Below, one piece after another: positions 18,873 to 28,663 of a DNA stretch of 64,000 bases. The stretch covers positions 3,808,001 to 3,872,000 of the forward strand of contig CBDCGL010000011.1 of assembly GCA_965216755.1 (NCBI GenBank). Direction: 5' to 3'. The translations under genes and the position numbers were made by a program. The notes under the pieces are model-generated. The model saw only the letters and a program-made list of their open reading frames with translations. It was not told where the DNA came from and made no database searches. The first letter of the stretch is position 1. Every line of letters begins with the position of its first letter. This DNA is from Alphaproteobacteria bacterium (GTDB lineage Bacteria; Pseudomonadota; Alphaproteobacteria; UBA7887).

Positions 18873-20654
18873 ATGGATCTTGATCGCTGGCCAAATTTGA
18901 TTGCGATGTTTTTCGACCAAGCCGAGCGGCTGGGCGGCCAGCCGTTTGTGTGGGCGAAGCGCCACGATGCCTGGCAATCGGTGTCGTGGGACCAGGCTGC
19001 GGATCAAGCGATGCGGCTTGCCGACGCCCTGACTGCGATCGGCGTCACATCCGGAAACCGGGTCTTACTGGTCGCCGACAACGGCCCCGAATGGGCCATC
19101 GCCGATTTCGCTATCTTGGCGGCGGGCGGCATCACCGTTCCGGCATACACCACGAACACCGCCCGCGATCACCATCATTTGCTGACCGACAGCGGTGCCT
19201 CCGTAGCGATCGTGTCGACGGCGGCGCTGGCACGGCCGCTGTTGGAGGCCGCGGCCGACGCGTTGGATTTGAAGCACGTGATCGCCATCGATCCGCCGGA
19301 CGCAGATGTGCCGGCGGCCATCACATTGAGCCTTTGGCGGGATGCGATGGCGTCACCGCCCAAGGACCCCGATGAGATCAAAGCGCGGGCGGCCGAGATC
19401 GCGCCGACCGCGCTCGCCTGCCTGATCTATACCTCCGGTACCGGCGGCGCGCCGAAAGGGGTCATGCTCAGCCATCGCGCGATCATGACCAATTGCGTCG
19501 GCGCCTATAATCTGCTGCTGGAGGTTGGCCTGGGTGACGAAGTGTTCTTGTCGTTCCTGCCGCTCTCCCATTCCTACGAGCACAGCTGCGGTTTGATGTT
19601 TCCGGTCTCGATCGGCGCGCAGATCTATTATGCGGAGGGCGTCGAGACCTTGGCCGCCAACTTGGTTGAGGTGCGGCCGACGATCATGACCAGCGTGCCG
19701 CGCTTGTACGAGGTGATGCGCCAACGCATCTTGCAGGGCGTCAAACGCGCCGGCGGACTGAAGGCAACAATGTTTCATAAGGCAGTCGCGCTGGGCCGCA
19801 AGCGTCTGGAAGGCAAATCGCTGGGCGTTGGCGAACGCCTTGTTGATGCGCTGTTGGACAAACTGGTGCGCGATAAGGTGCGCGGCCGTTTCGGTGGTCA
19901 ACTGAAGGCAATGGTGTCCGGCGGGGCGCCGCTCAACTACGATGTCGGCGTGTTCTTCAGTGCGCTGGGCCTACGTTTGCTGCAAGGTTACGGCCAAACT
20001 GAAGCAGCGCCCGTGGTCAGTTGCAATCCGCCGCGCAAGATTAAGCTGGAGACGGTGGGGCCACCGCTCAAAGACGTCGAGGTCAAGATCGCCGACGACG
20101 GCGAGATTTTGGTGCGCGGCACGCTGCTGATGGATGGCTATTGGAACCAGCAGAAGATTACCGAAGAGACATTGCGCGATGGCTGGCTGCATACCGGCGA
20201 TATCGGCGAATTTGACCGCGACGGCTACATCAAGATCACCGATCGCAAAAAGGACATCATCGTCATGTCCGGCGGCGACAATATTTCACCCCAACGGATC
20301 GAAGGGATCCTGTGCTTGGAGCCCGAGATCGGTCAGGCGATGGTTGCCGGCGATGGCAAGCCGCATTTGGTCTCGATCATTGTCCCCGACGAAAGCTTCG
20401 TACACGAGTGGTGTCGCAAGGCCGGCGGCCATAAGGACCTCACCGATTTGAAGACTGACGCCGCGTTTCGCGACGCTATTGGCGAGGCGGTGGCGCGGGC
20501 CAACGACGGCCTGAGCGTTATCGAGAAAGTGAAGCGCTTCATGATCGCCGACGAAGCCTTTACCACCGATAACGCCTTAATGACGCCGACGATGAAAGTG
20601 CGCCGGCACGCCGTGTTTCGCCGCTATGGTGACGAAATCGACGCCCTGTTCTAA
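18873..20654 (+). CDS. Long-chain acyl-CoA synthetase (AMP-dependent)
   Basis: YTSGTGGAPKGV, QGYGQTE, LHTGDIG, DRKKD, TPTMKVRR. Confidence 0.92.
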   Translation: MDLDRWPNLIAMFFDQAERLGGQPFVWAKRHDAWQSVSWDQAADQAMRLADALTAIGVTSGNRVLLVADNGPEWAIADFAILAAGGITVPAYTTNTARDHHHLLTDSGASVAIVSTAALARPLLEAAADALDLKHVIAIDPPDADVPAAITLSLWRDAMASPPKDPDEIKARAAEIAPTALACLIYTSGTGGAPKGVMLSHRAIMTNCVGAYNLLLEVGLGDEVFLSFLPLSHSYEHSCGLMFPVSIGAQIYYAEGVETLAANLVEVRPTIMTSVPRLYEVMRQRILQGVKRAGGLKATMFHKAVALGRKRLEGKSLGVGERLVDALLDKLVRDKVRGRFGGQLKAMVSGGAPLNYDVGVFFSALGLRLLQGYGQTEAAPVVSCNPPRKIKLETVGPPLKDVEVKIADDGEILVRGTLLMDGYWNQQKITEETLRDGWLHTGDIGEFDRDGYIKITDRKKDIIVMSGGDNISPQRIEGILCLEPEIGQAMVAGDGKPHLVSIIVPDESFVHEWCRKAGGHKDLTDLKTDAAFRDAIGEAVARANDGLSVIEKVKRFMIADEAFTTDNALMTPTMKVRRHAVFRRYGDEIDALF

Positions 20655-20674
20655 AGACGAGACCCGGTCACGAT

Positions 20675-21055
20675 TCAATCCAGGGCGGTATCGTTTCGCG
20701 GCGGCAGAGGTGGGCTGTAAACAATCAGAACTTTCAGGGGTACGTCGCCAGCGTTGACCACTTCATGGTCAAGCCCAGGCGGAATCCGGATAATTGTTCC
20801 AGGGCCACAGGCTACGGCCGGCTTGTCGCCCAGCGCCACTTGACCCTCGCCCGCCAACACGTAGATGGTCTGGTGCTCGTCAATGTGGTGGTGGCGGTCG
20901 GCTTGTCCGCCGGGCGCCACCGTGCCGTGAATCAATTCAAAACCGCCGCCAAAGGCCGCGTCGACCAAACGGACGTTGACGGTGCCGGCATGACCCGGCG
21001 GCCCATAGCGGGCGAGTTCATCGCGATGTTCAATCAACGGGTGGGAATCGATCAT
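20675..21055 (-). CDS. Cupin domain protein
   Basis: HHH..EHQTIYVLAGEG and IPPGLDHEVVN motifs; ATGA-coupled to the CoA transferase. Confidence 0.85.
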   Translation of the reverse strand: MIDSHPLIEHRDELARYGPPGHAGTVNVRLVDAAFGGGFELIHGTVAPGGQADRHHHIDEHQTIYVLAGEGQVALGDKPAVACGPGTIIRIPPGLDHEVVNAGDVPLKVLIVYSPPLPPRNDTALD

Positions 21056-22299
21056 GGTGCCGGCTCCTCAGAGGAGTCAGAGCGCAAGGGTGGCGCCTGG
21101 TGTGTGATCTGATGGTCGCGCAGGGCCGTGATTTCATCGTCGGTCAGCCCCGCTTCGCGCAGAATTTCGGCGCTGTGTTCACCGAGCCGCGGGGCCATGC
21201 GCCGAATTGCCCCCGGGGTCTCGGAAAAGCGCGTCGCAATACCCGGCATGCGCAAGGTGCCGAGCTCAGGGTCGTCGCGCAGTTCCCAGAAATCAACCGC
21301 GGCCAAATGCGGATCATCGGGCAAATCGTTGGGCCCGTTGACCACGGTGCATGGCACGTGCGCTTTGTCCAACGCGTCGAGCCATTCGGCGCTGGGTCGC
21401 TCGGCGATACATTCCGCCAGCGCTCCATAGAGGGCATCGACGTTGGCGAGCCGCGCCGCATAGGTCGCGAACCGCGGGTCGTCGATCAGATGCGGTCGTC
21501 CGGCGAGTGTGAAAAATGCGCGCCATTGCCGTTCAGTATAGGGCAGCACGCCAATATAACCGTCGGTGGTGCGGTAGGGCCTTCGATTTGCTGACAACAC
21601 CCGCGGATAGCCGGCTTCGCCGCGCGGCGGTTCGAAACTGCGGCCATAGAGATGTTCGACCATATTGAACGCGACCAGGGTTTCGAACATCGGCACTTCG
21701 ACGGCTTGGCCTTGGCCACTGCGCAGGCGGTGAAACAGCGCCATCAGAATCGCTTGGGTCGCCGCCATGGCCACCACTTTGTCGGCGATAATCGATGTCG
21801 CGTAAGCGGGCGCGCCATGATTCCAGCCTTGCAACGCCGCCAAGCCAGAGGCCGCTTGGATCATGTCGTCAAAGGCCGGTTTGTGACTATAAGGCCCGCC
21901 GGCGCGGTAGCCGTAGCTCGCGCAATAGACGATGTCGGGCCTGGCTGCTTTCACAGCGTCATAGGTCAGGCCCAAGCGTTCGATCGCCTGCGGCCGCATA
22001 TTGTGCAAGAACACGTCGCAGGTTGCCGCCAGGCGCAACAATGCCGCCCGCCCTTGGTCCTGTTTGAGATTGAGCACCAAGGATCGTTTGTTGCGGTTGG
22101 CGCCCAGGAACAGGGCACCCCGGCCCTGCGTCGGTGCCGGGCCGGTCGGCCGCGCGGCATCGCCATCCGGTGACTCGACCTTGATCACGTCGGCACCCAT
22201 GTCGCCAAGCATTTGCCCGGCCAGCGGCCCCAAGATGATTGTTGTCAGATCGATAACCCGGATGCCTTGAAGTGGCCCGAAAGCGGCGGTTTCTGTCAT
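21052..22299 (-). CDS. Family III CoA transferase (CaiB/BaiF)
   Basis: LGDMGADVIKVE, NRNKRSL, catalytic PAFDDMIQ, APRLGEH. Confidence 0.92.
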   Translation of the reverse strand: MTETAAFGPLQGIRVIDLTTIILGPLAGQMLGDMGADVIKVESPDGDAARPTGPAPTQGRGALFLGANRNKRSLVLNLKQDQGRAALLRLAATCDVFLHNMRPQAIERLGLTYDAVKAARPDIVYCASYGYRAGGPYSHKPAFDDMIQAASGLAALQGWNHGAPAYATSIIADKVVAMAATQAILMALFHRLRSGQGQAVEVPMFETLVAFNMVEHLYGRSFEPPRGEAGYPRVLSANRRPYRTTDGYIGVLPYTERQWRAFFTLAGRPHLIDDPRFATYAARLANVDALYGALAECIAERPSAEWLDALDKAHVPCTVVNGPNDLPDDPHLAAVDFWELRDDPELGTLRMPGIATRFSETPGAIRRMAPRLGEHSAEILREAGLTDDEITALRDHQITHQAPPLRSDSSEEPAP

Positions 22300-22312
22300 G
22301 TCCGAAGCTACA

Positions 22313-23080
22313 TTAGGCCGGCGCCGAGAGCCCCAATGTTTGCAGTCGCGGGGCGATCACGTCGCGCCACGCGTCCAGCAAGTCGGCATTCGATTGACGG
22401 CGCAAGCCATAGGCGCGATAGGTCTCAAGTCGCTCGGACTCGAGCCGGCCAAACGTGTCGACAACGCGCGGATACCAATAGCCGACTGCCATTTGCGCCT
22501 TGTCCGGCACGCCATAGGCGGCGATGGCGCGGCCAAGCGACGCCGCGCCCTCATCGGAATGGGCGGATTCACGTTTGATGATCGGCCCGATCACCTCAGC
22601 GAACGGCTGATAGGACGAATGGGCTTGGTCGCCAAGTTGGATGGTCGACGCCGTGCCCATCAGCAACATCAGCGTGGCCGCGTCGGTCCAGCTCTCGATT
22701 GGGTAGTGGAAAACGTTGAGTCGCTTGTCACCGCCAACGCGGCGTGTCCCCAAATTGCTCGGCCGGCCCAACCGCGCGTCCCAGGCGTGTTCGTTGACAT
22801 ACAAATAGGGGTCGACGCCGAAGGCGCCCAACAGCGCCAAGACTTGGCGCGCATGATCGAATTTCTCGCTGATGATGCGGGCGACGTTGACCCGGTCATC
22901 AAGGGTCGGCGCGGTGTTCAGGCTGTTGACGAAGCCGGCCGCGCCGGCCAGCTCCGAATCGATCAATATCGCCAGCAGGCGCATCACTTCTGCTCGATAA
23001 CGCGGTGTCATTTGCGCGGCATCGGTGATCGATTCGCCGGCCGTGACCCGGGCGATAAGGGCGCTGTCTGGCTTGTTCAC
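22313..23080 (-). CDS. PaaA/PaaC-family ferritin-like protein with degenerate iron motifs
   Basis: PRYRAEVMRL..DSELAGAAG, SEKFDH, SYQP, RESAH, YWYPRV..TFG, GLR..SN; GTG start at 23080 is inferred. Confidence 0.8.
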   Translation of the reverse strand: MNKPDSALIARVTAGESITDAAQMTPRYRAEVMRLLAILIDSELAGAAGFVNSLNTAPTLDDRVNVARIISEKFDHARQVLALLGAFGVDPYLYVNEHAWDARLGRPSNLGTRRVGGDKRLNVFHYPIESWTDAATLMLLMGTASTIQLGDQAHSSYQPFAEVIGPIIKRESAHSDEGAASLGRAIAAYGVPDKAQMAVGYWYPRVVDTFGRLESERLETYRAYGLRRQSNADLLDAWRDVIAPRLQTLGLSAPA

Positions 23081-23224
23081 GATCTCAACGGGCTCATGAC
23101 GTTGGTCATTTTCGGTGCTGAGCGTAGCCGCGCGGGGGCAGTGGCGCAAGCAACCTCGGTCGGTGATTTGCCGGGGCCGATCGTCTAGACTTCGGGTCTC
23201 GTTCAACCGTCGCGTCACACAAGC

Positions 23225-23674
23225 ATGGCCGAAATCTTGATCATCGTCGGGACCGAATCGGGCAACGCCCAAATGGTTGCCGAATATTTGGAGGAAGAGC
23301 TTGGCGGTAGCGGCCACAATGTTGAGATCTTCAGCGACGGCCCACCAGATAACGCCCGCTTGGCCGAGCGCGACACGGCGTTGATCTGTACCTCGACCCA
23401 CGGCGACGGTGAGTTGCCGGATAATCTGGTACCCTTGCACGACAGCCTAAACGCCGGCCAGCCGGACCTGTCGCATTTGCGCTATGGCGTGATCGCCCTC
23501 GGTGACCAGACCTACGCGGAGACGTTTTGCAACGGCGGCAAGATCATGGACAGCGCATTCAGCGCCCGCGGTGCCACACGCATCGGCGAAAGGTTAGAGA
23601 TCGACGCCTGCACCCAGCCGCTGCCCGACGAGGAGGCGCTTGATTGGGCCAAGGAATGGGTGCAGCTGCTTTAG
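23225..23674 (+). CDS. Short-chain flavodoxin (MioC-like)
   Basis: GTESGNA, TSTHGDGELPDN, ALGDQTY.TFC.GG. Confidence 0.92.
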   Translation: MAEILIIVGTESGNAQMVAEYLEEELGGSGHNVEIFSDGPPDNARLAERDTALICTSTHGDGELPDNLVPLHDSLNAGQPDLSHLRYGVIALGDQTYAETFCNGGKIMDSAFSARGATRIGERLEIDACTQPLPDEEALDWAKEWVQLL

Positions 23675-25053
23675 GGATCGATGCCTGGCATCGTGCGCAG
23701 TTCGATTGGGTCATCGCAGATTAGAACTCTCCGATAGCGCAACCAATCGAGCGCGGTGGCGAGTTGGGCGGGCGTGGCGCCGAAACGGGCTGACATGTCG
23801 GCAAGGACATCGTCCAGCGAGCCGCCCCGGCGTGACGCCAACATCTGAATCAGGGGTGGTACCGGCACACGATCGACCTGCCAAATGCCGCGCGGGAAGT
23901 CGGGTGTGATGCACACCTCGCGCTCGACGATCAAACCTTGATCAACGACCGGCCGGCTGGCCAAAACCACGGGGGCTGACAGCGGCAATTCGTGGGCGGC
24001 TTGATCATCGGGCCAGTCTCGGCGCGCTTTCCAGAACGGCCGATGCGGCCAACGTGTTTCGAGGCGATAGAAATCGCGGCCGGTGCGACCATAGCGCCGG
24101 AAGATATCTTGCGTCCGCTCGCGGTAGAACGACTCGGCAAGCGCGCGGTTGCCGGGCAGTTCGATCAACGTGCGGATCACCGGGCTTGCCGCCAAAGCAC
24201 TGCCGAGGGCGGCAAACATACCGTTGCCGGACAGCGGATCGGGGGCGCAGGCGGCATCGCCGACACGGATCACGCAGCGGTCTAGCGGCGCGGCGGCCAT
24301 CTGTGGCGAGGCATTGTGGGCGGCGACCGGGCCGGTCAGGCGGCCGTCGCGGAGCCACGCCGCGCTCTCGTTGATCCGATCGACATGGGCGTCGAAAAAT
24401 GCCGTGAGGCGTTCGCGCTTCGGCAGGCCGGCTTGGCTATCGACAAAGATCTGCAAATAGGCCGGGCCGGCGCCGTCGGCAACAAACCATGCCCAGCCAT
24501 CGGCAAAACTGGCGACAGCGGTTTGTGCCGCGATGTCTGTGGCGTCGATTTGGCGGACAATCGCTGTGGTCGTCGGGCCGCGCAAGACCTTGGCTCGCCC
24601 GGCCGGCGCGGCACGGCCACGGGCTTCGACAAAAAATTTCGCATGGTAATCATGTGCGCTATCGTCAATATGCGCACGCACGACGACGGCGTCGTCGGCC
24701 AGCGAAACGATCACGTGACGCGTGTGCGATACGGTCACGTCGTGCGCCGCCAGGTCGTTGAGCAATGCGGCGTCAAAATTGTGCCGGTCTGTAACATATT
24801 CCTGATTGCGGGCGCCGTGATCGCCGGCCCAGGATGCGATTCGGGCGACCAATGGTCCGATCGCTTGGTGGGCGTGGCGCAGGCCGTGCGCATGCAAAAT
24901 ATCAACGGTTCGTTGTGAAAACCCTTCAATTCGTCCACGGCCGCGTGGCGCCGATATGACGGCGACGCGATAGCCTTGACGTGCAAGAAGGATGGCGGTC
25001 AGCGCGCCCGCCGGGCCGGCACCGCAAATGACGATATCAAAATTGTGCGTCAC
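23671..25053 (-). CDS. FAD-dependent monooxygenase, QhpG-like
   Basis: GAGPAG, EG.SQR, NQEY..DR..FD, VEARGR, DGWAW, GDAA...DPLSGNG, GRDFY..E.RW...PFW..RR.WPD, ITPD.P.GIW, matching QhpG as I recall it; lacks the halogenase WxWxIP motif. Confidence 0.72.
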   Translation of the reverse strand: MTHNFDIVICGAGPAGALTAILLARQGYRVAVISAPRGRGRIEGFSQRTVDILHAHGLRHAHQAIGPLVARIASWAGDHGARNQEYVTDRHNFDAALLNDLAAHDVTVSHTRHVIVSLADDAVVVRAHIDDSAHDYHAKFFVEARGRAAPAGRAKVLRGPTTTAIVRQIDATDIAAQTAVASFADGWAWFVADGAGPAYLQIFVDSQAGLPKRERLTAFFDAHVDRINESAAWLRDGRLTGPVAAHNASPQMAAAPLDRCVIRVGDAACAPDPLSGNGMFAALGSALAASPVIRTLIELPGNRALAESFYRERTQDIFRRYGRTGRDFYRLETRWPHRPFWKARRDWPDDQAAHELPLSAPVVLASRPVVDQGLIVEREVCITPDFPRGIWQVDRVPVPPLIQMLASRRGGSLDDVLADMSARFGATPAQLATALDWLRYRRVLICDDPIELRTMPGIDP

Positions 25054-26015
25054 GGCCGATCGGTTGACACGGGCCTGTCAGGCAAGTTGATTTTCTCGCG
25101 TTCAATCACCAACGGTCCGCCGCGTAATTGCGAATGCAGGCTGGTGACATATTCACCGAGCATGCCGATGAATATCAGCTGAATCCCGGAAAGAAAAAAC
25201 AGCGCCACGATGATTGTCATCGTGCCGCGCGGGGCCAGGTCGGGATCAACAAAATAGGTGGCTACGGATATCAACGAGAACAAAATACAGAACAAGGCGA
25301 TCCCGAAGCCGACGAACGTGCATATCCGCATCGGTACTTTGGTGAAGGAGAAAATGCCGTTGAGCGCCTGGTCGATCAAAATCGGCAAACTCGCTTTGGA
25401 TAGACCGCGTTTGCGTCGACGCCAGCGATAAGGGACAACTTTGCGTTTGAAACCGCAACTGGCAATGATGCCGCGAATATAGGGATAGTGATCACGGTAG
25501 GCGAGCACGGCCGCCAGCACCTTGCGGTCGATCAACTGAAATTCGCCGACATCCGGCGGGATTTCAAAGTCGGACAAACTGTTGACGGCGCGATAGAAAA
25601 AGCGCCGCAATGTGCGCATGATGAAGCTTTCTTCGCGGCTTGATCGCGCGCCGGCCACCACTTCGTGACCATCTTCCCAGTGGCGAACGAACTCCGGAAT
25701 CAGCTCGGGCGGATCCTGAAGGTCGACCGGTAACATCACCAGAATAGCGTCGCCCGACGCATATTGGAGGCCGTTGAACGTCGAGCGAAAGGGACCAAAA
25801 TTTCTGGCATTCACCACGACCTTTACGGTGTCGTCGTGGGCGGCGATCTCACGCAGAATCTCGACGGTGCGGTCCGACGAGGCATTGTCGACGAATACAT
25901 GCTCGCGCCGATAGCCGGGCAGTTCCGATTCAAATATCGATTTCACCGTCTGATAGCAGTGTTCGACATTGTCTTCCTCATTGTAACATGGGGAGACAAC
26001 CGTAATCGTCTTCAT
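25050..26015 (-). CDS. GT2 polyprenol-phosphate glycosyltransferase (GtrB/ArnC-like)
   Basis: PCYNEEDN, DNASSD.T, RNFG, DLQDPP, two C-terminal TM helices, LGEY. Confidence 0.9.
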   Translation of the reverse strand: MKTITVVSPCYNEEDNVEHCYQTVKSIFESELPGYRREHVFVDNASSDRTVEILREIAAHDDTVKVVVNARNFGPFRSTFNGLQYASGDAILVMLPVDLQDPPELIPEFVRHWEDGHEVVAGARSSREESFIMRTLRRFFYRAVNSLSDFEIPPDVGEFQLIDRKVLAAVLAYRDHYPYIRGIIASCGFKRKVVPYRWRRRKRGLSKASLPILIDQALNGIFSFTKVPMRICTFVGFGIALFCILFSLISVATYFVDPDLAPRGTMTIIVALFFLSGIQLIFIGMLGEYVTSLHSQLRGGPLVIEREKINLPDRPVSTDRP

Positions 26016-26199
26016 GCCGCTCTCCGACCCGACGCCGACACGGGGCGTCGCGCATGCGCCGCCACGCGCCGCATTCCCGCGTGTTTGCGGCATTCTAGCG
26101 GCGATCTCTATGACAATGCTCTAATTTCTTGCGGCGGCCGCCACGGCGAAGGTGTCGCGCATTTCACGCGCGCGTGTTCGCATTGTATGCTCTATCTAC

Positions 26200-26213
26200 T
26201 TGATATTGATCAA
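26200..26213. promoter_or_regulatory. Perfect FNR/FixK box TTGAT-N4-ATCAA
   Basis: TTGATATTGATCAA in the intergenic gap about 190 bp upstream of the GT2 / qhpG-like pair. Confidence 0.5.
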
Positions 26214-26254
26214 TTTAACTTCGTTCAAACGACTATGTTCGAACGCAGATGGAT

Positions 26255-28273
26255 CTAATTCGATACGACTTTGCGACGCAGATCCTTGGCGAACAGCGTT
26301 CGGGTAAACCGTCCAAGCCCGGTGGGATGCTCGCCAAACGTCTCAATGCGGGATTCAATCATCGACTTGGTGCGCGGATCAATCGATGTCGAAAACCCAC
26401 GTCGGCGCCGGTACCGGTAAGAATCCAGCGGCTTGGCGTAGCGGTCTCTCCGCCATTTGAGAATGTTGTAGGTGGGCCGCCAGCTTGGCGTCTCGCTGAG
26501 ACTTTGCTTAAACGGCACATGCAACATAATGCACCGATAATAGGTGATGATGTCGTCGAGCATGGCGGACTTTCGATGGTCGTCCTGGGCGTCAATCAGG
26601 TCGGCGACGCCAGACTGCAGGAAGTCCAAGGCTTCGTGAATGACCGTAAACCGGCCCATCATGGAGTATTTGCTGAGCAAATTGCCGCCCACGCTGCCGT
26701 CCAACAGGCCATCCTTGTGCTGTTCGGCCCATGCGATGCAGGCTTCGCGTGACTCAAACAGTTCCCCCTCATTTTCTTTGATGTAGTCCTGAATCAGTTT
26801 CTGAAAGGCCAGGGGCGCCTGATCGAGCCGCTCTTGCAGATGCACAATCACCTGGAATGGGCGCAGGCCCTGTGAACGTGCGAATTGGAACACCTCTTCA
26901 AAATTGTCTTCGTAATAGAAAATCGTCAGCAACAAATGGAACACCCGCGTTTCCAGATATTCCTGGAAGCTGAACGTAGGTGTTTCCACGACCATTTCTT
27001 CGGTTTCGGTGATCAGTTCGCCGGTATAGTCGCCCAGGCAACGGGCGACCACACGAAAGCGTGTCTTCATGCCGAACCGTTTGCGCGCGTCCGGATTGCT
27101 GAGCGGCGCACCATGCAACAGCATCAATTGGTGGGCGGAGATGCGATTGACGCCGGTTTCGATTAACGTGTCGACCGAGCGCATGAAAGATTCTTTGGTT
27201 TCACCCGGCATCGACAAGATGAGCTCGCCATAGGATTGCATACCCAGCCGGTGCAGTTCTTCTTGGATCTCGGCATAAGTGTCGAGCTTGATGTTTGACC
27301 GTTTGATATTGGCCAACACGTCCGGATTGAGCGACTGCACGGCCGACGTCATCGGCAACCGGCCTTTGGCTTTGCGCAAGACGCGAATGATGCGATCGCC
27401 GCGGTTCTTGCCGGTCGTGGTGCGGATATAGCGGGGCCAATCATGTTTCGCCATCAAGTGGCCTAGATAGTCCGCAATCTCCTCGTCTTGTTCGTACATG
27501 CCGAAATTGTCATCGGCGAAACACAACGGGCTTTCGGGTCTGATTCGGGGCACCACATAGTCAAGGTCCGCTTTGACATAATCGAACGAATGACGAAATG
27601 CTTTGCTGTTTTCACGTGGCGACGAGTTGCAAAACTGGCACGTGAAGGGGCAGCCGCGCGCAATTTGCATCATTGCGAAATAACCGGTGCGGAAGAACTT
27701 ATCCATATAGCCGGCAAGGTAGGGCGAAGGGATTTCGTCCAAATCCTTGATCCGCTCAAGTTCGTCGCCGCGGACAAGGCCGCCGGATCGCGGGTCGATC
27801 CACAGATTGCCCGGAATGGCCTCATCGAACAGGCCGGGGATCGATTGGCCGACATCGACAAAGCGTTGGACGAGGTGAAGAAAGGCACGCTCGCCCTCAT
27901 AAGTTGGGCCACGCACGGCGACATCGATTTCCGGCATGGTGCGCAGCCAGGTGTCTTGCTCCTCGGCTGTGAGCGGGAAGTTCGGCCCGCCCATGAAGGT
28001 CAAGGTGCGGTTGTTCTTGGCTTTGGCATAGCGCGCGAAACTCAGTGCCAGGTGGTGATTCCATGAATAGCTGCTGAGTCCCAATGCGGCGGGCGCCTGG
28101 GTGTCCAAGGCGGTTTTTAGGTCCTCGGGTTCGCGAAATATCCTGAATTTCAGCGGGTCGCGGGCGCGCACATGGGCACCGGCATAGGTCGCGAGATTGG
28201 CGACGCCAAGGGGATACACGTCCGAAGTGGCCGTGATGACGTTGTGACCAAGGTCTGCCAGATAAATCAACAT
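26255..28273 (-). CDS. Cobalamin-binding radical SAM protein
   Basis: PLGVANLA, LSSYSWN, MGGPN, EGE, ARGCPFTCQFC (CxxxCxxC), ADDNFG, MPGET. Confidence 0.9.
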   Translation of the reverse strand: MLIYLADLGHNVITATSDVYPLGVANLATYAGAHVRARDPLKFRIFREPEDLKTALDTQAPAALGLSSYSWNHHLALSFARYAKAKNNRTLTFMGGPNFPLTAEEQDTWLRTMPEIDVAVRGPTYEGERAFLHLVQRFVDVGQSIPGLFDEAIPGNLWIDPRSGGLVRGDELERIKDLDEIPSPYLAGYMDKFFRTGYFAMMQIARGCPFTCQFCNSSPRENSKAFRHSFDYVKADLDYVVPRIRPESPLCFADDNFGMYEQDEEIADYLGHLMAKHDWPRYIRTTTGKNRGDRIIRVLRKAKGRLPMTSAVQSLNPDVLANIKRSNIKLDTYAEIQEELHRLGMQSYGELILSMPGETKESFMRSVDTLIETGVNRISAHQLMLLHGAPLSNPDARKRFGMKTRFRVVARCLGDYTGELITETEEMVVETPTFSFQEYLETRVFHLLLTIFYYEDNFEEVFQFARSQGLRPFQVIVHLQERLDQAPLAFQKLIQDYIKENEGELFESREACIAWAEQHKDGLLDGSVGGNLLSKYSMMGRFTVIHEALDFLQSGVADLIDAQDDHRKSAMLDDIITYYRCIMLHVPFKQSLSETPSWRPTYNILKWRRDRYAKPLDSYRYRRRRGFSTSIDPRTKSMIESRIETFGEHPTGLGRFTRTLFAKDLRRKVVSN

Positions 28274-28663
28274 CAGAGAGGTCCCAAAAGATCGCTGCCG
28301 CGGATCGCAGATTAGTTCGAAGATATTACAAAACCGAAAACTCAGTGTGCGCGGATTATTGTGTATAGCCGTGGACAATTAGGGGTCATTTTCACACTCA
28401 ATTATGGCGGCAGTGTAGCCGGGAGAACAGCAGGAATGAACATGTTTTGTCATCTAACAAACGCAAGGCCTTGTGCTCACGTTATTTGATGCGCATTCCA
28501 TCCAATGCATCAGCTATTAAACAAAATATTAATCAAATATATCTCGCGTTGTTTAAATTTTATGCTATACATAAAAAGTAAATATTTGTGTTTTTTTGGT
28601 ATTTCGCCGCAATTTGAAAATCAATATTGCCAGTTTTATTTGATGGGATTGAATTTTTAGTTG

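Noticed and set aside
15536-20654. ABC1 kinase, oligoendopeptidase and acyl-CoA ligase as part of the paa-like system
   Set aside because: Common alphaproteobacterial housekeeping neighbours with no sequence evidence tying them to the aromatic pathway.
23671-25053. Tryptophan halogenase
   Set aside because: GWAWFV instead of WxWxIP, and the C-terminal motifs fit QhpG better.
28280-28660. Cobalamin riboswitch upstream of the B12 radical SAM gene
   Set aside because: No recognisable B12-box elements; the region is too AT-rich and unstructured by eye.
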